Shown here piece after piece: positions 24,964-36,753 of a stretch of DNA of 58,038 nucleotides. The DNA lies in NCBI RefSeq assembly GCF_000143415.4, contig NW_003314289.1:383281-441318 (forward strand), in the 5' to 3' direction. This DNA is from Selaginella moellendorffii (Eukaryota > Plantae > Lycopodiophyta). Made by a program: the position numbers and the translations under genes. A model generated the notes under the pieces. That model made no database searches. It saw only the letters and a program-made list of their open reading frames with translations, and was not told the origin of the DNA. Each line of letters starts with the position of its first letter. Position 1 is the first letter of the stretch.

Positions 24964-25326
24964 ATGGCCATCGCCGCCACATCTCCTCCATCGCCTTTGG
25001 TTCCACTGCTACTTCTCTCCATTCTGTTTCTCTTCAAAGGCAAAGGCATCCCGGGCTTGAAAGATGGCTTGACAACATTCTCCGTTTGGGCTATACTGCT
25101 GCCTCTCATCATCTTTGTTGCTGCGATGATCATCCATCCAAGATCCTCGTCTCAAACCAACACAGCAAACTTACCAAAGCTTTCATCCACACCAAACTAT
25201 AATCACTTCGACACTTATGGCGCTGGAGCTTCAAATTCCTCCGAAGGCCCCAGATGGGGATACATTCTCATGTCCATGCTCTTTGCGCTGCTCATGCAAC
25301 TGTTTAAAGAGAAGAAAAAGGATTAG
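24964..25326 (+). CDS. Small multi-pass membrane protein (120 aa)
   Basis: Three hydrophobic segments. The C-terminal EGPRWGYILMSMLFALL resembles the GSPWG motif of a plant small-TM family. Confidence 0.6.
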   Translation: MAIAATSPPSPLVPLLLLSILFLFKGKGIPGLKDGLTTFSVWAILLPLIIFVAAMIIHPRSSSQTNTANLPKLSSTPNYNHFDTYGAGASNSSEGPRWGYILMSMLFALLMQLFKEKKKD

Positions 25327-25670
25327 AGCCAAATACATAGTTTTGACACTGTCTTTGTTTGGTATTACACTAAATCGAATATTAGTCAAAATCAGTTGCA
25401 GGGATTTTACTGTGGCCAGCGAAAGCAATACTGTAACAAGTTGACGTCCGTTAGACTTGGTAAGTTGGAGAAATCTTCTTTGTCCGGAAGATTCACATAG
25501 ATGCTAACAATATAAACGTTGGACCTGGTGAATTCCAATCTTATCCTTCTTGGTGGGCACTACACGACCATGTAAACACAATAAACAAAGAGATGAGCCT
25601 CACTAAGGTCTTACCCAAGAGTATTCCCTAGTATATAAGCACAATGTATAATCAGTTGGAGGTAGAAGCG

Positions 25671-26006
25671 ATGGGTCTCAAGCTTGGTTTTGTAGTCGCA
25701 AGCGTTTTGTGTGTGGCGTTTTATGTCGCAATGGAATGTAATGTTGCTGCTGCTGATGATGATAATTCTTGCGATGGCGGCCGGCACTGGAGAGGATCTG
25801 TGTGCTCCTGCGACGGTGGCCAGCATTGGAATGGACACAGTTGCGTGTCACAGAATTGCGACGAAGACGGTGGATGGCACTGGAATGGTAGCAGATGTGT
25901 GAGATGCGACTACGACTATGGGTGGCACTGGAGTGGATACGATTGTGTCAAATGCTATGTTGGATGGTCCTGGGACGACGGCAGCAAGAGGTGCGTGAGA
26001 GACTGA
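25671..26006 (+). CDS. Secreted Cys/Trp/Gly-rich peptide with five tandem C..G-x-[HS]-W..C repeats
   Basis: TATATAA at about 25633, signal peptide MGLKLGFVVASVLCVAFYVAMECNVAAA, 10 Cys in 5 paired repeats. Confidence 0.85.
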   Translation: MGLKLGFVVASVLCVAFYVAMECNVAAADDDNSCDGGRHWRGSVCSCDGGQHWNGHSCVSQNCDEDGGWHWNGSRCVRCDYDYGWHWSGYDCVKCYVGWSWDDGSKRCVRD

Positions 26007-26331
26007 AAGGTCTCTCAGAGCTCTCAATCAAGAATAAGAAAACCAGCTAAGTATTATAAAGTAGTTGGTTTGATTTATCTCTACTTTTCTTTCTTTCTTT
26101 CTATCTTGTAAAGCTTTGCTTCTTCTTTTCGAAACCAACAGTGGAACTAAAATGATACCATGAAGTACTTTGACAAAATCATCTTTCAAACCGTGTGATG
26201 GTCGTGCAAGCTACTTCCAGGAAGATCATGCGCTACACAAATTTCAACGTTGAAAACGTACACTCTAAACCATCCCATATGAGATCTGAAACCTCCCTCG
26301 ATTCCACTTGAGCTTCATAATCGTAGGTAAA

Positions 26332-26967
26332 ATGTCGTCATGCAAGTGCTTCTGCTGCTGCTTCTGCTGCTGCCTCTTCTTCTCGATGTTGTTTGTGATC
26401 ATCTTCTTTAGCTCAGTCAGTGCAGTCGTAAACCGCTCAAAAGTCCACCACATCCTGGAGGACGCAGTCCTCTCGAATCTTAGCGCAAGCAACTCAAGCT
26501 CACAAGGATCCAGGATCGACTCGGCATCTCTAACTTTCAAGGTCTGGTCTCGCAATGCAAACAAGAAAATGGGGGTCCATTTCTGGCACTTGCGAATCGC
26601 TGCTGTCTATCGCGGCTACGAGCTGGGAAGAGCCTACGCATCTCCGTTTGTCCAGCCACCTCGAAACATCACACATTTTGAAGCGCCTCTCCAACTTTTC
26701 AACCTCACCATTCCTCTTGATCTTGCCACAAAACTGAAGGGCGATCTAGACTCCGGCCAAATTCCGATGAGGATCAACGTGAAAATGCGGGCAAAGTACA
26801 ACCGAGTCGACAAGTCATGGCAAACAAAGCTTATCTCTGGCGACCTTCACGGGGACGATAAGTGTAACCTTTTGATTGGCGTTAGTTCTACTAATAGGTT
26901 CAGCAGCTTGAAAGGAAGGCAGTGTGGATGGACTGTTGCATTTTTCAATCCAAATCAGGGAGCTTGA
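26332..26967 (+). CDS. NDR1/HIN1-like (LEA_2 domain) membrane protein
   Basis: Cys-rich stretch and TM helix, then RNANKKMGVHF, YRGYELG, FVQPPRN, DLDSGQIP and the C-terminal C..C pattern. Confidence 0.88.
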   Translation: MSSCKCFCCCFCCCLFFSMLFVIIFFSSVSAVVNRSKVHHILEDAVLSNLSASNSSSQGSRIDSASLTFKVWSRNANKKMGVHFWHLRIAAVYRGYELGRAYASPFVQPPRNITHFEAPLQLFNLTIPLDLATKLKGDLDSGQIPMRINVKMRAKYNRVDKSWQTKLISGDLHGDDKCNLLIGVSSTNRFSSLKGRQCGWTVAFFNPNQGA

Positions 26968-27438
26968 AAATATATAATCTTGATTTGTTATTTTGCACGG
27001 TCCAGATTCTGATTTGAAGGCAAATGCTTTTCAAGGACGCGTGAAAGCCGCTAGAATTCCCACAATGCAGTCAGCCTGAGCGTTGAGTAAAACATTGATT
27101 TTGTAAAACACAAGGTCAGGCCATGCAAATATTTGGTCCTTTTGGAGCTTTTGATACAAGAGGCAGCAGACCAGAAGCTCGATCAAGGCTGGGGCGCAAG
27201 CTGGGACGTGGTGAATTCAGCATCACAATCTGGAAAAAGAGAGTGCATGGAAATTGTTCATGGAAAAAGAGAGTTGTTGTGCTAATATTGGAGCAGACCA
27301 GGACTTTATAATTTTTAATACTTTATATTATTTAAAATAAACAAAATCCAAATAATAATTTAAAAAAACAAGAAAAATACTTTTATAAATAAAATTTAAA
27401 CTCTTAAATATATTATAGTCATTTCCTAATTAATAAAT

Positions 27439-28320
27439 ATGGCTAAAAACATTATTATCAGCTATGTAGAAATATTATTTTTGACAGTAACATATGGTGA
27501 TGATCCAGAATTTGATTTTCTAAATAGTGTGGATATGAGTAATATTGTTGACGTTATTGATGAATCAATAGGTTTTATTGATTGAAATGATAACTATCCT
27601 TTAAATTAATTTAAAGGAATATCAGTAATTTTAGCTAGTGGAATCATTTTAATCAAAATTTCACGTTATTCAAGAAATGCCCTTAATTATGCATCAAGTG
27701 GAGCAAATTTATACTTTGGGGAATTCTTTATATGAAGGTTTTGGAAGATTATTTTGAAAATAATTTAATAACATTTTATTAACTGCAGCAAGTTCCATAA
27801 AACTTACATTTAAAAATTTTAAAATTTATTATGACCCAGATGGTATATCAGAACCTGAATATTATTTTGTTGGATCAGTTAATAAACTAAAATAAATAGA
27901 TGATTGTAATATTTATAAAAGTATAATTATAAGTGGTACATACATTAATCCAAGATAATTTTTAATATCTCCAAATAATATTAATATTTTACTAATAAAT
28001 GTAAGATGTAATCTTGTAATTTATTCTGGAAAAAACAGAATTTAAAAAAATTAAAATTAAAAAAAATCAATTTAAAATGCTATTTGCAGAATTAAATTAA
28101 AAGAAATTTTATTTTATTTTTATCATTATATAATACAGAGTAGAAAAGGAACTTATTTTGTAAAAGGAATTTTAATTGTATATTTCTAACATTTTTGAGC
28201 CTTCAAAATGATTGTAATTTAGTTTTATATCCCAAGTTATCCTGATAAACCTTTTTGGTCAACTGAAACTAATAGACATAACTTATATTTCTTCTTTATG
28301 ACCAATGTAAAATATAAACC
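27439..28320 (+). pseudogene. Extremely AT-rich decayed gene with bulb-type (GNA/B-type) mannose-binding lectin domains
   Basis: Readable through stops and frameshifts: ISGTYINPR*FLISPNNINILLINVRCNLVIY (about 27925-28025) and LQNDCNLVLYP/SYPDKPFWSTETN (28201-28273). The latter contains an exact QxDxNxVxY motif. Confidence 0.7.
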
Positions 28321-28846
28321 TTAATTAAACAATAAAATAAAAATTTAGATTTTTTTTAAAATTTATTTTAAGGAAAAAATTTCTCTTAAAATATATAAAC
28401 AATTTACTATAACACTTAGTTTATTTTGAGTTTTATTTTTTGTGGTATTTTGTTATTAAATAAGAAAAAAAAAATTTAAGCTATATATTTTATGGTTTAT
28501 GATTAAAACACTTTTTTTATTAATATATTTATGTTAAATACCAAAATATAAATTAAGTAAACCTTCTTTTCATCATATCTACAATAATAACAAAGGCAAG
28601 CCTAAAACAATAAGGTTATAGTAAGAAAATCCCTAATGTTTGCTAGAGGGTGGCACATAGAGCATGGTAAGATGCGAGTTTGACACGTGTTTAAGGTGTT
28701 GCTGTGTGTGAGAAGTGTTGACTTTTCATGTAACCATAGCTGATGACTAGAATTTGTTTTTTCTCATAACAAAGAAAATCAAATGTTCAGTCAACACACA
28801 GGCAAGGAAACCATATTAGTCAAAACATCAAAGAGATAGAAACTCT

Positions 28847-29060
28847 CTACCTAGGCCAGATATTCCAAGGGACTCTATACCTGGAACAAGGAAATATCCC
28901 TTGCAGCAAATTCATCTTGTCCCCTCCTAAGAACATTTTAAATTGCTCTTTCAAGTCCTTGGGAAAGTTTAGATGTACATGAATTCCCTTGAATCCCACT
29001 GCTACTCGGTCATATGCCCTTGTGGCTTCCTCAGTAGTGTCGAGCCACACTCACATGGTG
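28847..29060 (-). pseudogene. AP2/ERF domain fragment
   Basis: VWLDTTEEATRAYDRVAVGFKGIHVHLNFP versus the consensus WLGTFDTAEEAARAYD.AA..FRG..A.LNFP. The N-terminal YRG part is not recognisable. Confidence 0.75.
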
Positions 29061-29703
29061 GAGTTTAACTAGGGAATTCAAAACGACAAATATGAAGCCT
29101 AATTCGTTGGATGTGGAGTATGGCCTTATGGCATCTGTGGAGCGATAGAGCTAAAGCAAGCCTTCTGCAAAGTTCCTTTGAGTTAGCAATTTGCAAGTGA
29201 TATTTATCACTCATTGTAATCATTGTAGTGATTGGAAATCTTTATACTAGCATTACGTAATAAGCCAAAACCACTCAAATTCATTTACCTTACTTGTTTA
29301 TGTTCTTTTGCTTCTTCTCTTCACCACACTATAGCCGGTGAAGAGACATTGTCTTATAAAATAGAGACACCAGATCTTGAGTTCATGTCCACCCCTAATG
29401 TTATTCCTGCTGAGAGTGTAAAAGAGGTTGCTCCATGACTAGATAAAATGTAAATAGGCTAGAGGAGACAATTTTATAAAAGAGCTTTGTTAGTGATGTA
29501 GCAATTCCAATGTAAAGTCCATTATAAGATAGAGCTATTCTAGTGCAGTGTTAACCATAAAGTTGAATAATTATGGTCAACCACGTGGTTGAGCAATTCT
29601 AGTGCAAGTTCTAGCATAGGATGGCATCCATTGCACCCCTGCCCCCCCTGCCCCCCGCCCCCCGCCCCCCACCCTCCATAGAGTCAAGAGTATAGCTACA
29701 CAT

Positions 29704-29803
29704 NNNNNNNNNNNNNNNNNNNNNNNNNNNNNNNNNNNNNNNNNNNNNNNNNNNNNNNNNNNNNNNNNNNNNNNNNNNNNNNNNNNNNNNNNNNNNNNNN
29801 NNN
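29704..29803. other. Assembly gap (100 N) next to a C-rich tract
   Basis: Run of N; C-runs at 29636-29676 and 29810-29823. Confidence 0.99.
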
Positions 29804-31443
29804 ATTCAGGCCCAACCCCCCCCTTGAGAGCATTGGACTTTAAAAAGCAGAAGGATCACGTTTTTTTCCGAGTATGAAGCTGGCTACCTGCATTCTTCAT
29901 TTTTTAGTTAGACACTAGTTGATATATTCCATGGATGAGCCAGACTTTTGGTCATCAATCACAATAGAGCCAAAATATCCACTTCAATGCATTGTTGACT
30001 TGCATCCTTCTGTAGGGAGTCATCTCATGCTTTGTTGCTATGGGACCTTTGACTTCTAGCACAAAATTGAATCAATCTAGCACCTTGCCACATCACTCTT
30101 CCTCAATGCTGACTTCATAGACTGGCTTAGAGTGCACTTATGTACTGCAACACTGTTTTTCAAGTTTTTGCAAATTTGCAACAACTTCTTCCTACTGAAA
30201 AAGTGCCTAGTGTAGTTTTAGTATGCATGGTTTCAGTAAAAAATTTGTGGATGTTTGTTTAGCCAATGGCAAATTGGTACAAATTTGCTTAGCATTGATT
30301 GGACTGAGGTAAGAAATTAACATGTGTTTAATATGATTGAAATGGAATTTGAGCTACAATGTGTACTATTGTGTTTTATAAATCATGGTTCACATGTTGG
30401 GAGATCTCTGTGTCAGCACATAGCATAGGTTGGGGCCAGTGATTGGTGATCCAATTTCCAAGCTAACATTTTGGATTTTTAGTTAGCAAAGAATTCTCTT
30501 TATTATGGTGATTGTAGGAAAAAAAAAGGGTTGTGATTGCAAACATCTTCACCATCATAATTGGCTAAAGTTGAGCATGTAGAAAGTCTCTTGTTTTTCT
30601 TCTAAAAAAGGCTTGCTTGTAAGTTTACACTAGAGCCAAGAGCAAATAACAACCAAAAATGCTGAAGTATGCTACGTTTCAAAATAGGTAATATATTAGC
30701 CCCAAGAAAGGTTGGAGGCATGTCCTCCCCAGGGCATGAGGAGGCAGTAGTTGGAAGACTGGGGGATTATAAAGTTCTAGAGGAAATCCAAGCCACAAAA
30801 ACAATCAAAAGGCTTCTAGAATTTTTCATATTTAATAGTGTTCATTTTTTCAATTTATAGGATTGTGAGAGTTGATGCTTTAGATCTGGTGACAAGGTGT
30901 CAACAAAGTGGCTGTAAAATGCATGTACCTGGGTACTTTACAGTCTCCTTATCCTCATACTCATTGAAACTTGAAAATTGGTTTGGGCATGTACCAAAAT
31001 TTCAAGTTATTTCAAATTATTTCAAGAATAATTTGCCACACATTGCATGCAACAACACTTGGTTTATTTAATAGTAGTGTCGTTCAATAATCCAATTGAT
31101 CAATAATTATAAAAAATGTTTATAATTTATAAATCAAAATTAATCTTATTGCATTAACCATTAAATGGTAGAATAGAAAATAATATACTAAGAAGTGTCT
31201 AGGAAAGTTTAAAAATTATAAATATGTTTATAAATTATAAATACAAGATTAATCTAAATAAATAAAAACTGTTAGAATCTTCAAATATTCAAATATATTC
31301 TAGGTATATTCACTACCATGCTTAAGCAAACCATGATGAGACATGTTTTTTCTAAAATAATTTTTTGTTGTCTTTTGTTTGAAATTTAAATGGATGTAAT
31401 GATTTATTATATTTAAAGTACAGTCTTTCCTGATTTATAGTTG

Positions 31444-32286
31444 TTATTCTAGCTCTATATCAATGTCTTTAATCGTGATTTCCACGCCTTTGGTAGCTCC
31501 ATGACGAACAATTGCGACAAGAACACTCCTTTCCTTCTCCAGATGGAGCAGCTTGATCTTGTCACCTATTCCAAACCGAACTTTCACTCGTCGATACCCT
31601 GGCCTATCGATCTCGCCACTCGCAAACGAGCCAACAAACTCCGGGAGAGTGATCGGCGAGCTCTCGCTCGCTTGTGGGAGATTAATAAACACGTCGAATG
31701 CTGTGAGCTCGGATCTTGGCACCACCATACTCAGCTCAAGAATCTCCTCGAGTTCTTCTTCTTCGTTTTCCACGTCGAGTTTTTCTTCCATAAACACGCC
31801 GCGAGATGATTCACTGACCAGTGAAGTTGCCGTGGTTGACAATGCCATTGGCCTCTGGACTCTAGCGAGAAAAACTCCCCCATGGAAGACTAAATCCTTC
31901 TTTGGAAGCCCTGGGCCATACTCTGGAATATCATCCACCTCCATAGCCAAAGCCGCCGAAGGGCCGATGAGACACACCGCCGTGAAGAGCAGCAAAGCCG
32001 AGAAGGAGCGACGCTGGATCTCGGAGTTCACCTTGGACAGCATGGAGATTCTGAGCGTCAAGTCGAGCCGTGCCACCAGATCAAACTTGGCCTCGTTCCT
32101 CTCCCTGAATTCCAATCGAGGAAACGATATCCTGGCCTTCTCCCTGGATTTACCACTGTCGGTGATCGCAGCGCGTGGATTCCGCTTGAATCGTTCGAGC
32201 ACCTGTGAAGATCACAGCCCATGAGATAGAAAATTCTTGGATTTTTCGGTGTGACTTGCCTTAGAGATCGAGGAAGCGAGCGCCAT
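31444..32286 (-). CDS. Stand-alone polyphenol oxidase C-terminal (PPO1_KFDV-like) domain protein with plastid/Tat-lumen targeting peptide
   Basis: TAFDVFIN, PEFVGSF, VRFGIGD, SVLVAIV, ITIKDIDIELE. Twin-Arg signal RRSFSALLLF...AALA. The likely 27-nt exon 1 (MALASSISK) is joined by a 57-nt GC-AG intron (32203-32259). Confidence 0.82.
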
Positions 32287-32647
32287 TCGTGTCCTTGTGT
32301 CCCAACATGGAGAAAACACAAAGACCCTTTACTCTATAGCTTAGCCTCCAAAAGAGGGCAACTTACACCTTAAGAAACGGACCTATTTCTTGCGCTTCTT
32401 ACATTCGTCTTCGAGAAATAACCAGCGCTGCCACGCTTTCTTCGCACCAAGCTTGCTTCCTTGAATTTCCTGCCAGCTCTCCACTCAGGAAAGGTTAAAA
32501 GAAAGGTAGAAAACCTGATAAAAAAGAGATTTTTCTGCATTATCTTCCAAATATCTTTCCTTATAACGATTGCTTCTCGAGAGTAAACATCTTCACCTGT
32601 CCTTCGAGTCTTCATCTGTCCTTCGATTGCGTGATGTGATCACCGAT

Positions 32648-34588
32648 TTATCTACGTCTGCGAACTTGAACTGGAAAGTAGTCTTTGGGCCTTGGATGCG
32701 GCAGGAAAGTTACTTCGCAATCTGGATTCAGCGGTTTCATGCTGCAAATAGCACAAGCACACAGTGAACAAACACGTAAAGATACACATACAAATAAAGT
32801 TTGTTTACTCGTAGCCGAGCACCAAATGGTGGACTATAATGCATGCTTCGAGCTTCGCGAGTTCGTTCCCTGGGCATGTTCGACTTCCAAGTCCAAATGG
32901 TAAGTGCGTGAATGGACGAACTTCATTTCTCTGCAGGGATTTGTTTTGTCACAGTAACGCAAAAACAAAGACAACACTTACAGCCCATCGATCCGGATCA
33001 AAGTTTTGAGGATTGGAGTGCACGGCAGGATCCATATGAACTTGTCTCAACCAAGGCTCCACATACCAGCCTTTAGGAATTGTAAAGCCTGTATACGATT
33101 TATAAGTCTAGAGAAACTAAGAACCGGAAAGAATCACCATTAACTTCAACATCAGTCACAGCTCTTCTGAAAACCATTGGAGATATGTTAGCCACTCGCA
33201 AGGTTTCATTGATCACCTGGTACAAAAGGGAAAAGAAGATGAGACAAAGCTATGAATCGCAACTTTACTCTTGAAAGATATGACATCTTTTTCACGTCCG
33301 ATAGAGAGAGCGACTCTCCAACAGGTCTTTGAGACGCGATGAGCTCTTGTTCTTCCTGTCAGCATGTCAGCAGTAAAACGGTGTTTAACAAAGAGAGGAG
33401 AAAAGAAGCAAACTACCTTAACTTTGTCATAGACAATTTCGTGCTTGAGTAGGAAAATCAGTAGCCACAGTATGAGATGAGCAGTCGAATCGTGCCCCGC
33501 ATTTAAATACATCACTAGCAAATCTACAATTTGCTTGTCGTCCAAATGCTTCCCGTTCTCGTCAGTGGCATCCATAAGCAGCGAAAGTGTGTCTGTTTTC
33601 TCAGGTTTCTCCGAAAATCTTCTCTTGTTGAGAACTCGGTGAAGCAGTACATCGAGTTTCTTGCGAGCCTTGCACAGAAAAAAGGTTGTTATCATAGGCT
33701 GGAGAGACAAGCCTGGGAAAAGCAAAGTTTTTACCTTAAGAGCTCGATTGTACGAAGTTCCTGGCAAGTTGATCGGTAGAGAACGTATTCCTTGGTTCAC
33801 TTCATAGTAAATAGATGAAACTTCTTCCACGTCCAGGCCCGAATCTTTGCTGAAAAGAATATCATGAATGGTACGAAACGCGTACTATATAGATTCCCAT
33901 TCAGAGACCAACTCAAAATCGATTTGAGCAAGAACATACCTTTCTCATCTCCTTGAGCAAGAGAGTTCTTTCCTGACACGACCACTCTTCCAGGCAGCTC
34001 TTTATGTTGCTGGACATGCGAGGGATGTAATCCTCGAGAGCCTTGGGATTACTGAGCGCTGGCTCCGTGAGCCTGCGAAGTTTCAAGTGCTCCTCGCCGG
34101 TAACTCCAGCGAAAGATCGCGTGCCGATAAGTCTCCTTGTGCTGCTCGGCCATCCAGTCTCAAACAAAGAATCCCTCGAAAGAACCACTTTGCATGTCTC
34201 TGGAGTAGTCGCCAGCACTGTTGGCTGCCAAAAGAGAAAAGCTTTGTAGACTCCTGTTCGATCGTACCTTTGAGAAGGACAAGATCCCAAGCGAAAAGGT
34301 TCAGTTTTTCATGAGAAAAATGCTTGAGTTTTTCATGAGAAGAGAGAGAGAGAGAGAGCTTAACTTGTGGAGATAATTGGTGATGAAAGAGTCTGGATTG
34401 TGGGACTTGAAAGCCCGAAGGAACGATGCCATGTTTCCAAAGATTGGCCATCCGAGAGAGCCTGGAGGAAGTGGAGCTTGGCCGGGCTTGAGCTTTGGTT
34501 CATACCAGAATCTATTGAAGTTGCGAAGGAGCTCGAAGAATGTAGCGGCAGCCACTGTGGCGATCGCAATCGCCCACTTGAGATTCAT
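32648..34588 (-). CDS. CYP88: Cytochrome P450, CYP88 family (ent-kaurenoic acid oxidase-like), multi-exon
   Basis: [49 protein letters not shown], heme motif [18 protein letters not shown]. Confidence 0.92.
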
Positions 34589-35040
34589 CCCTGGAACAAA
34601 GAGAAAAAAAAAAAGAGAGAAGAAGAAAAGAGAGCAAACTCTCAGTGTGGAGTCGACTTTACAAAAAGAGGAAACCTTGGAGGAAGACTAACTTGTGGGC
34701 TTGAGCTCTCGTCCATAGCTTTTCCTGATTCCATCCAGCTCCTGCAAATTACAGGACACTTTGACAAAAATCAAGATTTTGCTCCAGAAGAAATCAAGAT
34801 ATTGCGTTACGCTAGAATCTTCCACGAGGAACAAAAAAAAGGAGTAAAGTAATCAAAAGCGATCCGCGTTAAACCCTAAACCCAAGCTTAGAGGTGAAGA
34901 GGAGGAGGTTGCAGGGCCGTCCATTTCCCCCATCGGACGGTAGCAACCCGCACACGTCAGGCTCCAGTTATGAGCCCTAATTTCCAGACGCTATGGCGGA
35001 TTGATCAAGCGAGCAGCGCCACAGAGGCGATTGCTAGGGT

Positions 35041-36554
35041 ATGGCTTGCTTGCAACCGGCGTGCTGGCTCAAGCCATGCGTTTCCTCGACTAGTGCAAGC
35101 GCCATTTCTTCCTTGGCGTCTTGGCCGGATCACAATCGGGCAAAGCAGGCGTGGAGCTCGTCCAGGGCTTTTTCTGCAATAGGGCTATGGCGGAGCGGGA
35201 GGAAGCATTCTAGCTGCGCCGCGGCTACCTCATCGGCATCGTCTGGCGATGAATTAACTTCTTCCTCTGCTTCGTCCGCTGGCAATCGATCTCTTGTAAG
35301 AAATTCTAGGCCTGCATTTTCGATTAGAATTTTTTTCTCCTGCTTGTTTCGACTAGAAGGTTCTTCTTTCTTGCTTGAAGCTCTGGATTTTTCTCTTGTT
35401 TCGACTAGAATGTTCTTCTTTCTATGGATTTTTTATATGATGGATTCTATACTGATTGGGAGGAAATGCTTTTGATTTCTTCTTCCAGTCCAAGACTAGG
35501 AGAGATATGTTGCTGGAGTATGTGCAAAATGTCCAGCCCGAGTTCATGGAACTCTTCATCCAAAAAGCTCCTCAACAGGTAAAGATTTGTGATTTTTCTG
35601 CCAACTAAACTCCTTTTTCTGTACCTTAGGTGGTCGAGGCTATGCGAAAGACAGTGACGAACATGCTTGGAACGCTTCCTCCACAGTTTTTCGAGATAAC
35701 TATCACTACGGTAATGGTTTTAGTTTGTTGGTCCTTCTTCGTGGTTAAAACACTTGTGCTTTTCTAGGTGGCTGAGAATCTTGCTCAGCTCATGTATAGC
35801 GTCCTAATGACAGGATATATGTTTAGAAATGCGCAATACCGTCTCGAGTTGCAACAAAGTCTAGAACAGGCGGCACTTCCGGCCCCCAAAGACGAGAAGG
35901 CAAGATGAAATGATATTCGTAAGTCTTGTCTGATACCAAAGATGATTTTTGTGCTCGTTCCAGTTTGGTCCCGAATTCGAGAGTAAGGTACAAAAGTCGC
36001 AAGTCCAGGGGAGCGTCTTGAAGTGGCACAAAGAAGATGGCCCGGTGGCTATGGACGCCGTGGAATACATCGAGTTCTTAGAGTCGGAGGTGGAAAAGCT
36101 TCAGCAGCAACTAGAGCGAGGCAAGGTGTCTGGCCAGAACGAGCTTCTCGACTACTTGAAAAACCTGGAGCCCAAAAACTTACAGGTACTCAAACCTCAG
36201 TTCATTCCTAAAGTTTTGGATGAGAAGTTTTTGAGTTCGCAGGAGCTGACAACTAGCGCCGGGGAGGACGCAGTGGAAGCCATGAACACATTCGTGCAAC
36301 GCTTGATAAGAATCTCGGACGCTGCAATGCTAAAGGTAGCAGCCATATGCTTTTCTCTCTTTAGATCTCCTGTGCGATGCGATCACTCACAGAGAACTGC
36401 GACCGAGACGAGCGCGAAAGAACTGGCGAGATTGTTATACTGGCTCATGGTGGTGGGATACAGCATCCGGAACATCGAAGTTCGCTACGACATGGAACGG
36501 ATACTCGGAATTCCTGCCAAGCATCCGGAGCTCCCTCCGGGGGAGACGATGTGA
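35041..36554 (+). CDS. Chloroplast DUF760 protein (multi-exon)
   Basis: Transit peptide, then LLEYVQNVQPE, EAMRKTVTNMLGTLPPQFF, ENLAQLMYSVLMTGYMFRNAQYRL, NELLDYLK, LARLLYWLMVVGYSIRNIEVR. Confidence 0.92.
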
Positions 36555-36605
36555 TGCACAGTTTTGTTTGAGCAAAGGAAAGAATAGAGATACTACACAA
36601 AGATT

Positions 36606-36680
36606 GCCCGAGATGGAGTGCCCGAGGTGGAGTCCGAGGTGGAGTGCCCGAGCTGGAGGCTGACGTGGAGTCCGAGATGA
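36606..36680 (+). repeat. Short tandem GGAGT(G)CC(C)GAG repeats followed by a B-box-like GGTTCGAATCC
   Basis: About 5 imperfect 12-14 bp units; GGTTCGAATCC at about 36692. Confidence 0.6.
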
Positions 36681-36753
36681 GAAAGGTCAGGGGTTCGAAT
36701 CCTGGAACCTAGGGCGCCAAAGTGAAAATTTGTCCGTTGCTAGAGGAAGATCC

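Noticed and set aside
27439-28045. Endogenous viral (Polinton/NCLDV) capsid relic or alternative genetic code ORF
   Set aside because: The CNLVIY/QNDCNLVLY motifs are better explained as B-type lectin repeats, and the stops fit C>T decay.
29804-31100. Possible gene or transposase after the gap
   Set aside because: CpG-depleted decayed sequence with no motif I could recognise.
32370-32615. Small gene between CYP88 and the PPO-domain gene
   Set aside because: Splice-like signals are present but there is no coherent ORF or motif. It may be UTR exons.
31444-34588. Biosynthetic gene cluster (P450 + PPO)
   Set aside because: CYP88 looks like a gibberellin-pathway enzyme, the PPO-like gene lacks a catalytic domain, and no scaffold-forming enzyme is nearby.
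36680-36720. tRNA or SINE suggested by GGTTCGAATCC and a downstream CCA
   Set aside because: No acceptor, D or anticodon stems could be built and there is no clear A-box. Kept only as a B-box-like motif.
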